A stretch of DNA of 64,000 nucleotides from Gemmatimonadaceae bacterium (GTDB lineage: Bacteria; Gemmatimonadota; Gemmatimonadetes; Gemmatimonadales; Gemmatimonadaceae): assembly GCA_051859245.1 (NCBI GenBank), contig JBHYGA010000005.1:448001-512000 (forward strand), given 5' to 3'. The translations under genes and the position numbers were made by a program. Positions 32,446 to 41,497 of this stretch are shown one piece after another. Below the pieces are notes generated by a model. The model was not told the DNA's origin, did not search any database, and saw only the letters and a program-made list of their open reading frames with translations. How positions within the stretch are numbered: position 1 is the first letter of the stretch; every line of letters begins with the position of its first letter.

Positions 32446-33654
32446 ATGTCCAATACTGACGAGACCGAACGGCTCGCCGGTCCCGCAGCTCGGCGCAACA
32501 CCCTCGTCCAGGCGGCGGCATGGCCACTGCTTGCGTTGGCCGTTGCGTGCGCTGACCCCGCCGCCGACCGCCCCGCCGCTGTCGCGCAATACGAGCTCGT
32601 GGAAGTTGCAACGATTGGCGGCGCGAGTGACGACAGCCCCAACGCGTTCGCGCGGATTGCGGGTGTGGGGCTCGTGCCAGGTGGGCGGATTGTCGTGCTC
32701 GACAACGTGTATCACGAAGTGCGGCTGTTTGCGTCCGACGGCCGTTTTCTCAGTCGCGCTGGCCGCGAGGGGAGCGGACCAGGAGAGCTGCGCCGAGCGT
32801 TCGGACTCGGTGTCGCTCCCGATGGCGTCATTTGGGTGCGCGACAACGGCAACGGCCGCTACGTGCGCTTTGCAGTGCAGGGTGATTCGCTCGTGACAAC
32901 GAGTACGTTCACGCTGAGCGAAGGCGTGCAGGGCCCTGGCATTTCACCAACGTTCGACGCGAGTGGTCAACTCATTCACCTGGGACTCGCGCCCAGTGCG
33001 ACCGGTGGTGACATGATCCTCACGCGATTCACGGTGCCCGTTGCCGCGAGCGCACCTGCGGCGCGCGTTGCAGTGGTTGAGCCACCCGCGGATAGCATTG
33101 GACAATTCGCTGTGCCCATGGCCAGCGGCGAGACGCGCTATTTCTATCAGCCGTACGCGCCGAGCTTTTTGCAGGCGCATGCGAACGGTGGCGATTGGGC
33201 GCGGGCTGTGAGCAGCATCGCCACTGTTGAGCGGTACGATGCGGCCGGATCATTGATGCATCGCGTTACGGTCACACCTGAGCGCGTTATGTTGTCACCC
33301 GCCGAACAAGCACGTGCTGATTCGAACATCGCGCGTTCGCGCGACATGGCGGGACGCGAGTTGCCGTTCTCGGTGCCGGCACACAAACAGCCGCTGCGCA
33401 CGATCTACTTTGATCACGCCGGACGGCTCTGGGTGGAGCACAGTGTTGCCGAGGGCGCTCGACGGATAGCCGATGTGTTTGACGCGCGTGGTGCGTTGTT
33501 TGGTCGTGTCACGTGGCCCGCATCGATTGACGTGGGAGCCGGCGCGATGGGTGAAGAACTGATTGTTGGCGTGGCGCGCGACGAGATGGATGTGCAGCGG
33601 TTAGTCGTGTTGCGGATGCAGGTGGTGGGGGCCGGCACGGTGGAGACGCCGTGA
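32446..33654 (+). CDS. 6-bladed beta-propeller lipoprotein
   Basis: Lipobox AVAC, GREGSGPGE, DHAGRLWV, RDEMDVQ. Confidence 0.8.
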   Translation: MSNTDETERLAGPAARRNTLVQAAAWPLLALAVACADPAADRPAAVAQYELVEVATIGGASDDSPNAFARIAGVGLVPGGRIVVLDNVYHEVRLFASDGRFLSRAGREGSGPGELRRAFGLGVAPDGVIWVRDNGNGRYVRFAVQGDSLVTTSTFTLSEGVQGPGISPTFDASGQLIHLGLAPSATGGDMILTRFTVPVAASAPAARVAVVEPPADSIGQFAVPMASGETRYFYQPYAPSFLQAHANGGDWARAVSSIATVERYDAAGSLMHRVTVTPERVMLSPAEQARADSNIARSRDMAGRELPFSVPAHKQPLRTIYFDHAGRLWVEHSVAEGARRIADVFDARGALFGRVTWPASIDVGAGAMGEELIVGVARDEMDVQRLVVLRMQVVGAGTVETP

Positions 33655-33664
33655 GCGTCGACCG

Positions 33665-34012
33665 CTACGTGTTGCTCACAACACGCCGCTTCTTCGCGCG
33701 TTCCGCGGCCAGTCGATCAGCAAGGAACACCTTGAGCAAACTCTGATACGGCACATCGCGCTGATTTGCGAGTACCTTGAGCTCTTCAAGCATGCCTTCG
33801 GGAAGGCGCAGCGAAATGGTCGCGGTGCTTGGCTTCAGGTTGGGCAGGCGAACGGGTTTGGCGTTCGACCAATCCACATATTCGATCGAGTCTTCTGTCT
33901 GCCAGAAGTCGCGCTCGTCTGCCTCGGAGCTGAACGTCGGCGCATCTGCTTGCATCGGTGCCGCGACTTCGCGTACGCGCGCGGGCTTGTCAGTCTTCTT
34001 CGGTTTCGACAT
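33665..34012 (-). CDS. BrnA/CopG-family RHH antitoxin
   Basis: FSSEADERDFW..DSIEYVDW...LKPSTATISLRLP...RDVPYQSLLK. Confidence 0.85.
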   Translation of the reverse strand: MSKPKKTDKPARVREVAAPMQADAPTFSSEADERDFWQTEDSIEYVDWSNAKPVRLPNLKPSTATISLRLPEGMLEELKVLANQRDVPYQSLLKVFLADRLAAERAKKRRVVSNT

Positions 34013-34100
34013 TGGCGTACACCTCGCGCTCACGGCGACTCATGGGGCGCGCGGAGATCACCCGAATCCGGGACCCGCGCAGGGTAAAGACGACAGGAAC
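33990..34100 (-). pseudogene. C-terminal stump of a BrnT toxin
   Basis: VPVVFTLRGSRIRVISARPMSRREREVY...*; begins 1 nt after the stop of the GlcG-like gene. Confidence 0.75.
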
Positions 34101-34101
34101 C

Positions 34102-34590
34102 TTACGGCGTTATGCCAATCACCGCCATGCCGGCCTTGACTGCCAACGCGTCTTCGGAGCCACGCGCACCACTGGCACTGAATGCACCAATCACCGCGCC
34201 GCCGCGACGGAGCAACAGACCACCCTCGTAGTTTGTCGCGCCTTCAATGGGTTGACGCTTGCCCTCTTTCACCGCGTTTGCGTAGTCGAGTGTGTGCATG
34301 CCTGACGTAATCGCGGTGTGCGTTTTCTGCACGGCGATTTCGTAGTTGCGCAGGGGCACGCCATCCATGCGACGCAGGTAGATGGGTTTGTTGTCGGCGT
34401 CGGTGATCAGGAAGACGAGCTTCCATCCGTTCTTCACCGCTTCGGCCTCGGCGGCGTCAACGGCGCGCTTGGCTTCGTCGAGCGTGATGCGCGCAGCGAG
34501 CGGTGGCGCGGGCTGCTGCGCGTGTGCGGGCGCGGCGACGGCGATCGCGACAAGGAGCGTGGCGAGGCGGGGGAGGGTGAGCAGGCGCAT
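34102..34590 (-). CDS. GlcG/HbpS-family heme-binding protein with signal peptide
   Basis: ITLDEAK...RMDG...IAVQKTHTA...GGLLL...IGAFSASGA....D. Confidence 0.85.
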   Translation of the reverse strand: MRLLTLPRLATLLVAIAVAAPAHAQQPAPPLAARITLDEAKRAVDAAEAEAVKNGWKLVFLITDADNKPIYLRRMDGVPLRNYEIAVQKTHTAITSGMHTLDYANAVKEGKRQPIEGATNYEGGLLLRRGGAVIGAFSASGARGSEDALAVKAGMAVIGITP

Positions 34591-34641
34591 GGCGTGGTGG
34601 GCTGGAGTGTGAAGAAGGGGGATGCAACTGCTTTCGCGCGA

Positions 34642-34950
34642 TTAACTGCGCACGAACATTCGGAGTGCTGCGTAGTCATGCCCGTCGGCCTGTCGGAGCG
34701 CGTCGATATACAGGGCACGAAGCGTGGCTGTGGGCACCGGCTGATTGGCGCCCCAGGAGAACCGTGGTCGGCCCCATGAACGCAGCGCAAGATCCGCTGC
34801 TAGTCGCGCGTGCCGTCCGTTGCCATTCGGCCACGGATGGATCAACACCAACTGATGATGGTACCGCGCGGCGATGTCATCTACTACGCCGTCAAGTTGG
34901 TAATACCCAATCGTCAACCGATAGTTTGATAGAACATCTCTAAGAATCAA
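34642..34950 (-). pseudogene. C-terminal fragment of a Fic-domain protein (mobile mystery protein B-like)
   Basis: HHQLVLIHPWPNGNGRHARL..D...FSWG...YIDALRQAD; N-terminal half absent. Confidence 0.7.
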
Positions 34951-35049
34951 CCTATACCTTGATACGATAGCGTCTTACTCCCGCCCGCAGTCGCCAGCGC
35001 TAAGAGTTCCGGCAGATCGAAGGTGGCGCGTCACGTACCACGAAAGTCG

Positions 35050-35388
35050 CTACGCAGACTCCAGAATGCGTCTGACTTCCCGCTGTAGCAGTGGAATGTT
35101 GGTCTGAAGTACTCGCCACACGATGTCGAGGTCGACGCCGAAGTAGTCGTGAATCAATCGGTCGCGCATGCCCGCCATCGCGCGCCATTGTACGGATGGA
35201 GTTGCCTCGCGAACGTCACGCGGAACGCGCTTGGATGCCTCACCGATGATCTCCAAACTTCGCACGATCGCACGTTGCACGATTGGATCCTCATCAAGCG
35301 CCTCCCGTGTTAGCGTAGCGCTAATCTCTGAGAGGAAGTCCGCTTCAATGAGGATGTGCCTGAGAACCTCACGCGGCTCGTAGGACAT
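35050..35388 (-). CDS. HepT/DUF86 HEPN protein
   Basis: [28 protein letters not shown] (RxxxxH). Confidence 0.9.
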   Translation of the reverse strand: MSYEPREVLRHILIEADFLSEISATLTREALDEDPIVQRAIVRSLEIIGEASKRVPRDVREATPSVQWRAMAGMRDRLIHDYFGVDLDIVWRVLQTNIPLLQREVRRILESA

Positions 35389-35686
35389 CCACTGAGTCGG
35401 CGATAATGTGCGGCCTCAGAAAAGGAGATAGCCCCTCTAGCGTGACCAACTCGACGCGTCGCTCCAAAACCGATTCGAGCAGCTCTCCCAGTGCGACTAA
35501 ATGCTCCAGCGATTTCTGATCAGGTTCGAACTCCACAAGCAGATCGACGTCGCTCTCCGGGTGTGCTTCGTTCCGGCGTACGGAACCAAATAATGCCAGC
35601 CGCCTGACGCCGAGCGTACGGATCTGCGACTCGATGCTGGTCAGCCGGTCCTGGACATCGGCGAGCGAGGGCGTGGTGGCGATCAT
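35369..35686 (-). CDS. MntA-type minimal nucleotidyltransferase antitoxin
   Basis: [22 protein letters not shown] (GSx10DxD). Confidence 0.9.
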   Translation of the reverse strand: MIATTPSLADVQDRLTSIESQIRTLGVRRLALFGSVRRNEAHPESDVDLLVEFEPDQKSLEHLVALGELLESVLERRVELVTLEGLSPFLRPHIIADSVDVLRAA

Positions 35687-35769
35687 ATGCTGAATCTACG
35701 CAGCGTTCGCGTGGTCCGTGAGGCCAGTGTCCGCACGGTGGCCCAAGCCAAGGTGGGGACCAGTGGGCC

Positions 35770-36039
35770 TCATTCGCGCTCGCCGGCAACCTTCGCAAAG
35801 AACTCAACCAGATCCATCGTCAGCGGCGCGCGTGCTCCGGCCAGCGCCCACGTGAGCGCGTCGCTGCACACCTCCGGCCGTTCATCGTTTAGGCGCCACC
35901 GTTCAATCACGCGTGCGTCGGTATCCACGATCTAATACTCCGACGCGCCGAACGCCTGATACATGTGCCGCTTCCGCCAGCGGTCGCGACGCGCGGTGGA
36001 CGGTGAGAGCACCTCCACGGCGAGCCACAGCGCCTTCAT
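35770..36039 (-). pseudogene. Uma2 endonuclease C-terminal half with an internal stop
   Basis: LAVEVLSPSTARRDRWRKR...EY*IVD; TAG at 35932-34 replaces the conserved Trp. Confidence 0.75.
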
Positions 36040-37112
36040 AGCGCATCCGCAATCCGCGCAATCTCCTCAGCCTCACGCCACGCAGCTTCAAGCGCTGCAA
36101 GTTCGCCATCCATTGCGCGTCGCTCTGCTTCTTCGTGCAGCGCCATCTCCAGCGCAAGTCGTTCAGTGGCCGGCAGCTTGTGGAGCGATTGTGCGCGTTC
36201 TGCTTCAGGCACGGTCTGGTCCAGATTGAATGCCTCCTGCCAATCGATGGCGCGACGACCACGTCGTGACGCGACCGACTGCAGCAGTTGATCCGGTCCA
36301 CCTGACGATTCGATCAGCGAGACCGCGTCGCTGATGTGCGATTTGCCCGCACCAAATCGGTTGACGGCGGGCAATAACTGCTGCGCGGCGCGCACTGCGG
36401 ACGTTCCCGTAAGCACCACTTGTTCACCCGCATAAAACGGAACTCCCAGGCCTCCGCGCAGTTTCTCAGTGTGATGGTGGAGATACAGCGCAAACGTACC
36501 GCCCGTCACATGTGGTTGCAGCAGTGATGAACGGCGCGCATCCTGTCGTTCCACGCGCAGCACCTCGCCGTGATCGTTGCGCACGCGCGCGACCACTGTG
36601 CCGGGACGTCCGTGCACCGAGTCGCCACCCAGGCGGTAGTCGGGCTCTGTGACGAATCGTTTGATTGTAGTGATCACCGCGCTCGTGAGGATGCCAACAC
36701 CAAGCATGCTCGCGCCGGCCGCAAATGCCGCTGCTGTTGCCGGTACGGCTACTGCGGCCATCGCAATTCGCTTACGACGTCGCCGTCCGAACTGGTCGCC
36801 ATACCGCCACGCCGCGAACTCCGGGCGCAGTGGTGCGCCAATACGAATCAGGTCAATGCCGCCCGCAGCGCGCGCCAATGAAATTTCTCCAGTGGCCACA
36901 CGCGTGCGAGATGCGCGGAACAGGCGCTCACAACTTTCCACGCCCTCCCAGCGCTCGTGCATCGGAATGAGATTCCATCTGTCGCACGCTCGGCACACGA
37001 CCCATAGCCGACCCGTGCGCGCGTTGAACGCCAAGCGCCGTCCAATAGGCGTGGCTTCAATGACATCGTTACGCGGCAGCGTCGCGGCGCAGAAGAAGCA
37101 GGTGCTAAACAC
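36036..37112 (-). CDS. Hypothetical protein with N-terminal Zn-ribbon-like Cys pairs; possibly C-terminally truncated
   Basis: CFFC...CRAC..WNL, LRPEFAAWRYG, RLALEMALHEEAERRAM; stop overlaps the Uma2 fragment. Confidence 0.7.
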   Translation of the reverse strand: MFSTCFFCAATLPRNDVIEATPIGRRLAFNARTGRLWVVCRACDRWNLIPMHERWEGVESCERLFRASRTRVATGEISLARAAGGIDLIRIGAPLRPEFAAWRYGDQFGRRRRKRIAMAAVAVPATAAAFAAGASMLGVGILTSAVITTIKRFVTEPDYRLGGDSVHGRPGTVVARVRNDHGEVLRVERQDARRSSLLQPHVTGGTFALYLHHHTEKLRGGLGVPFYAGEQVVLTGTSAVRAAQQLLPAVNRFGAGKSHISDAVSLIESSGGPDQLLQSVASRRGRRAIDWQEAFNLDQTVPEAERAQSLHKLPATERLALEMALHEEAERRAMDGELAALEAAWREAEEIARIADAL

Positions 37113-37141
37113 AGTCGCGAAGCTAGTTGCTGCTTCGATGA

Positions 37142-37696
37142 CTATGCAAACAGCGCATCCAGCTCGATGGTGAGCAGTGGTGCGTTGTCAGATGGCGCCC
37201 ACTCAATACTTGTGTTGAGCAACTGAGGAAACTCCGATTGCGGCGTCCATCGCTCAAGGGACTTCGCGTCGATGTCAACAAGCCACACTTCCGCAACACC
37301 GTGCGCGAGATACGCGGGACGTTTCCGGTATCGGTCGATGTGCCTGGTGGACGGGCCCAGGATTTCGATCACGAGCGGTGGTGGTTCCATGGCATGCCAT
37401 TCTGATGCCAGGCCGCTGGTGGGGATTTCGTACACGACAAGATCGGGTATCAGCCATGAGGTTTGGCCCATGGGCAAACCGCCTGGCGCGAAGCATTCCC
37501 AGGCACGGTGCGAATTGCACCAGACGCCCAGACTGGAGATGAATCGAGTGACAACACGTTGATGCCATAGCGTCGGCCTCGGCGTCACCAATAACTCGCC
37601 GTGTAAGATCTCGTAGCGGTTGCCGTCCCTGGGCAACTGCTCGAGATCGTTCACCGTCCAGAGCGATCTCCGCGGGATGGGCTTGGAGCTGGGCAT
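37142..37696 (-). CDS. Uma2-family endonuclease
   Basis: DGNRYEILHGELLVTP, PDL, VIEILGPST..DR..KR..Y...GV.EVWLVD. Confidence 0.88.
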   Translation of the reverse strand: MPSSKPIPRRSLWTVNDLEQLPRDGNRYEILHGELLVTPRPTLWHQRVVTRFISSLGVWCNSHRAWECFAPGGLPMGQTSWLIPDLVVYEIPTSGLASEWHAMEPPPLVIEILGPSTRHIDRYRKRPAYLAHGVAEVWLVDIDAKSLERWTPQSEFPQLLNTSIEWAPSDNAPLLTIELDALFA

Positions 37697-37778
37697 GGTC
37701 AAACGATCGGCTCGGCGAACCAGAGTGCGCAAGGGGCGAACATGCGCCGAGGATAGCGCTGGACAGGCGGAACGACTC

Positions 37779-37997
37779 TCAGCCAGCGATGCGCTCCAGC
37801 TCCCCGGGCAGACCGTTAACAATCAGACGCTGCATGGCAACCTTCTCGCTTGCGTTATCGATGTCTATGCCGACCAGGTTGCCTGCGGCGTCGTAGTCCA
37901 GCACAATGCCCTCGGAAACCTCGCGGCTTTCAACACTCGTTTGCTCCGAGAGGTCGATGTAGAGCGAATCAGTATCGCGATGATAGTTGAGCTTCAT
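37779..37997 (-). CDS. DUF2283 protein, putative antitoxin
   Basis: MKLNYHRDTDSLYIDL...ESREV..GIVLDYD..GNLVGIDI. Confidence 0.85.
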   Translation of the reverse strand: MKLNYHRDTDSLYIDLSEQTSVESREVSEGIVLDYDAAGNLVGIDIDNASEKVAMQRLIVNGLPGELERIAG

Positions 37998-38236
37998 GGC
38001 TTGAATCCCCGGTCGGGAAACGCGTTGTGAATCGTGCGCTGATCTGCGAGAGTGACGACCCGCAGGTACCGCCCATCAAGTTCTGGAATCGGTGCCCAAA
38101 ATCGCCACCGATTGTGTTCTTGGCGTTCGCTCCTCACAGGTGAAAGCACCACGCGAATGCACCATTCTCGCCGGAGATACGGCCGCTTTCGGAGGACATT
38201 CTCCTCGAAGTACTCCGTAAACTGAAAGTCTATCAC
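37994..38236 (-). CDS. Small putative toxin (DUF4258/RelE-like) paired with DUF2283
   Basis: RWRFW..IPE..GRYLRVVTL.D..TIHNAFPDRGF; ATGA overlap with partner. Confidence 0.7.
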   Translation of the reverse strand: MIDFQFTEYFEENVLRKRPYLRREWCIRVVLSPVRSERQEHNRWRFWAPIPELDGRYLRVVTLADQRTIHNAFPDRGFKP

Positions 38237-38454
38237 TTGAATCTAACCCTTCATTGTCATAGTGCCGCCGGGAACAAGCGACACACTACGGCTGAACTGG
38301 GCCAGGCCGTCATCATTTCCACGCGCGCGACATCGACTTCGAGCGACGATGGCTCACTCGCTCGGGAACGTCCACTACGTATCCTGACGTATCGCCCACG
38401 CTCCGTGAGACGCGCAGTTTGTACGCGTTCCTCACAACCACGGAGGCGGTGACC

Positions 38455-39195
38455 ATGAACGAACGCACGCACGCATCACGTCGTATCACACAGTTCAGCC
38501 CGGTTCGGCAACTCGCGTGCACGCTGGCGATCGGTTGCACGCTGATCATCGTGCCACTCCTTGGTGCGCAGACCTGCGTGGGGCTGCCGGCTCCGGACGC
38601 TGGCCGCGTGCAACTCGGCGCCGGCTATGCGTCGAGGCCTGAGACCGACCAGTACGCTCTGAGTGCCGGCGGCGTGAGTGCGTCGCTCTTTGGTCAGCTT
38701 GCCACCACCACGAGCAACTATGACGGCACTACTGATTTCGCGTTGCAGGGAAGCGCGAATCTTGGGCTTCGTGTGCCGCTTTCCACCGGCCGTCTACTGG
38801 AGCTGTGTCCGATCGTGAGCGGTGCGCTCGGCGGCATTTTCCGTCATCCAGAGGATCGTCCGCCGAGTGAACCAAGCAGGCGCGCGGAACGCATCGCGTC
38901 AACGCGTGAAGCGCGTGCGGGCCTGGCGTTGGGGTATCGCGTGAAGGTGGGTCGCCGCTTCACAGTGATTCCGTCACTCAGCGCGAACGTCGCCCACGCG
39001 TCACTCCGTCAACCGAATACCGGATTCAGCATTTCGGATACCTACGGACTGATGGGCGTCTCGGTTGGACTCGTGATGGGCCCGCGGTTCACGGCGCATC
39101 CCTACGTGTGGCTGCCTGTGGGACTGGAAGGCGCGCCGCGTACTGTGGGGCTCGCGTACACGGTGTCGCTCTGGCCTAGGCGGACGTCGATATGA
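38455..39195 (+). CDS. Putative outer-membrane beta-barrel protein
   Basis: Signal peptide (..LLGAQ) followed by amphipathic beta strands. Confidence 0.6.
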   Translation: MNERTHASRRITQFSPVRQLACTLAIGCTLIIVPLLGAQTCVGLPAPDAGRVQLGAGYASRPETDQYALSAGGVSASLFGQLATTTSNYDGTTDFALQGSANLGLRVPLSTGRLLELCPIVSGALGGIFRHPEDRPPSEPSRRAERIASTREARAGLALGYRVKVGRRFTVIPSLSANVAHASLRQPNTGFSISDTYGLMGVSVGLVMGPRFTAHPYVWLPVGLEGAPRTVGLAYTVSLWPRRTSI

Positions 39196-39704
39196 GGCGT
39201 GTTGGTGTGTTCCTCAGCGTGCTGTTGTGCGCGTGTTACAGCCGACCCAATCCCGTGCTGGTGCAGCGCCCGACGCCAGACCCGGCAGGAATCGGCGGGA
39301 CGTATTGTTATCGCTCTGCTGCGCTCAATGTGCGTGGCGTTCGGCCGCAAGCCTCGGGGTTCACGGGCATTCCGATGCGACAAGTGGCCGACAGTTCTCG
39401 GCTCGACGTTGCTGTCATCGACAGTACCGTGTTTGTCAGTTACACGGACGTCTCAAGCCTGCAGCGTAAAACGGTCTTGTTGCCGATCACTGGCCCGGCG
39501 AGCGGGGAGCTGCGCATTGAACTGCCCAATCGGGGTGGAGGCGCGTCGTTGGGCATTGGTTCGGCGAAGCGCTGGATGACGCTCACGCGCGGGACCGACG
39601 GTACGCTGGTGTACATCGAATGGTATCAGGAAAAGGCGTTAGCGTTCTTCCTGATACCGATGCACGAGACAACAGCGCGGAGTGTGGTGTTTGAGCGGTG
39701 CTGA
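39192..39704 (+). CDS. Hypothetical lipoprotein
   Basis: MRRVGVFLSVLLCAC lipobox; ATGA overlap. Confidence 0.55.
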   Translation: MRRVGVFLSVLLCACYSRPNPVLVQRPTPDPAGIGGTYCYRSAALNVRGVRPQASGFTGIPMRQVADSSRLDVAVIDSTVFVSYTDVSSLQRKTVLLPITGPASGELRIELPNRGGGASLGIGSAKRWMTLTRGTDGTLVYIEWYQEKALAFFLIPMHETTARSVVFERC

Positions 39705-39769
39705 CGATGCCTGCTAGTCACGCAGCAGTAGGTTCGGCGACGAAGTTCGCGCGAGACGCGAGAATGCGC

Positions 39770-40100
39770 CGACATGGAGCCGAGCACCTTTCGACTCGCG
39801 GTGCGTGCGTACTGGAACGACTGCATTTCACGCAGCTCACGTTCAATGTGATGCGGCGCAATGTTGAGTGCGTGCAGTGACTCAGCGAGTGCCTCGAGCA
39901 AACGATTGTGCAACTGCGTGAGATCACGGGCTGGCGTGAGCACGCAGAACAGACTGCGCTCGCTGGTGAGCAGCACGAGTCGCAGGCGCCCGACGTTCAG
40001 CCGATTCGCGTACCAATCGCCAAGCACCGTGGTGGCGGCCGATAGCTCGTCGCGAGAGGGCGACTGCTTGAGGCGGTCGAGCAGGGCTTGGGTGCAGCGG
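39770..40100 (-). pseudogene. Fragment of a DUF6933-like protein with no start codon
   Basis: VRCTQALLDRL...TTVLGDWYANRL...LLTSERSL...RTASRKVLGSM; begins at the Uma2 stop. Confidence 0.55.
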
Positions 40101-40101
40101 A

Positions 40102-40662
40102 CTAGGCGAACAGCGCAGCAAGCTCGATAGTGAGCATTGGTGCGTTGTCAGGCGGCATCCAAGCAATTGAAGTGTGGTGCAGCTGCGGGAACTCCGATAG
40201 CGCCGTCCACCGCTCGACGGCCTGCGCGTCGATATCAACCAGCCACACCTCCGCGACACCGTGCGCGAGATATGCGGGACGTTTGTGGTGTCGATCGCGC
40301 TTGACGGTGGACGGGCTCAGGATCTCGATCACCAACGCAGGCGGCTGCATTTGACGCCAATCGGCCACGGGTCCGCTTTCTGGCACCTTCTGCACGGAAA
40401 AATCGGGTTCCAGCCAGGATGTTTTGCTGATGTACACACCGCCGGGCGTGAAGCACTCCCAGCCTGGCGCTTGTTTGCACCACTGCGAAAACTCTCCTGC
40501 CAGACGGAACGCAACGCGTTGGTGCCACGCCGAAGGCATCGGCGTCACCAGCAGTTCGCCGTGCAGGATCTCGTAGCGGTTGCCGTCGTCGGGCAACTGT
40601 TCGAGATCGTCCACCGTCCAGAGCGATCGCGGCGGTATGGGCGTGGAGAGCGACATGGCCAT
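40102..40662 (-). CDS. Uma2-family endonuclease (paralog of 37142-37696)
   Basis: LWTVDDLEQLPDDGNRYEILHGELLVTP, LEPD, IEILSPST. Confidence 0.9.
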   Translation of the reverse strand: MAMSLSTPIPPRSLWTVDDLEQLPDDGNRYEILHGELLVTPMPSAWHQRVAFRLAGEFSQWCKQAPGWECFTPGGVYISKTSWLEPDFSVQKVPESGPVADWRQMQPPALVIEILSPSTVKRDRHHKRPAYLAHGVAEVWLVDIDAQAVERWTALSEFPQLHHTSIAWMPPDNAPMLTIELAALFA

Positions 40663-40763
40663 ACGATCGGCTCGGCGAGGGAGTGTGCGCAAGGGGCGAA
40701 CATTCGCCGAGGATAGCACTGGAGTGGCGTCGCGCTCGTACCCAAACGTTGCGTGAGGAACCA

Positions 40764-40792
40764 TTGATCTGTGTAACGTTACACCTTACACT
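40764..40792 (+). promoter_or_regulatory. higBA promoter with perfect palindromic operator
   Basis: TTGATC, 17 bp spacer, TACACT; gtgtaacgttacac palindrome at 40771-40784. Confidence 0.7.
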
Positions 40793-40795
40793 TGC

Positions 40796-40843
40796 ATGAG
40801 GATCAAATGGTTCAAGCATCGCGGGTTTACGCGCCTCTACCAG
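40796..40843 (+). pseudogene. higB: N-terminal stump of a HigB toxin
   Basis: MRIKWFKHRGFTRLYQ resembles the HigB start; similarity ends about 20 nt before higA. Confidence 0.65.
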
Positions 40844-40865
40844 CTCAGCTCCAGGAGACGTACAT

Positions 40866-41165
40866 ATGGCAACGCGCAACCCTCCCCACCCGGGTCAGTT
40901 CATCCGCGAGGAGATCCTTGAGTCCAACGACCTCACGGTGGGCGAAGCGGCCGAGCATCTTGGGGTGGCGCGCCCGACGCTCTCTCATCTGCTGAACGGC
41001 AAGGCCGACCTGTCGGCAGAGATGGCGCTGCGGATCGAGCAGGTGTTCGGGATCCGGATGAAGACCCTGTTAGCCATGCAATCGGCGTATGACGAAGCAC
41101 AAGTTCGTCAACGAGTGCCCAAGCTTCGGCTCAAGCCCTACAAGGTTGCGCGCCCCCGCGCCTGA
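40866..41165 (+). CDS. higA: HigA-family XRE antitoxin
   Basis: NPPHPGQFIREEIL, LGVARPTLSHLLNG, SAEMALR, MQSAYD. Confidence 0.92.
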   Translation: MATRNPPHPGQFIREEILESNDLTVGEAAEHLGVARPTLSHLLNGKADLSAEMALRIEQVFGIRMKTLLAMQSAYDEAQVRQRVPKLRLKPYKVARPRA

Positions 41166-41189
41166 GACACGCTGTTGGCTTGCAGCGGG

Positions 41190-41411
41190 CTATGCGCACT
41201 CGCCGCGCTTCGCGATAGCGTCGATCACCGCTTCCCACGGCTCTCCAGGGTCGCCGTCAGATTCGAGCGCGGCACGGCGACTTCGCAGCTCGGCGGTTTG
41301 CGCCTCATCCGGCCCGATGTTCGCCGGTTCCACGCTGTCCGAGAGTTGCTCCGCGAGCTGACTGCGCTCGTCGGGCGTGAGGTGGCTGAAGTCGATAAGT
41401 GGCGCGCTCAT
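41190..41411 (-). CDS. Putative addiction-module antitoxin component (orphan)
   Basis: HLTPDERSQLAEQLSDS...AELRSRR...GEPWEAV; no RelE/ParE gene downstream. Confidence 0.7.
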   Translation of the reverse strand: MSAPLIDFSHLTPDERSQLAEQLSDSVEPANIGPDEAQTAELRSRRAALESDGDPGEPWEAVIDAIAKRGECA

Positions 41412-41497
41412 ACCTGAAGCTTGCACCTGCGGATCGACCACGCAAGGCGGGCTCGATGGCCTGCGTGAAAATGCTTCGGCTCTGGAAGAAATTGGTT

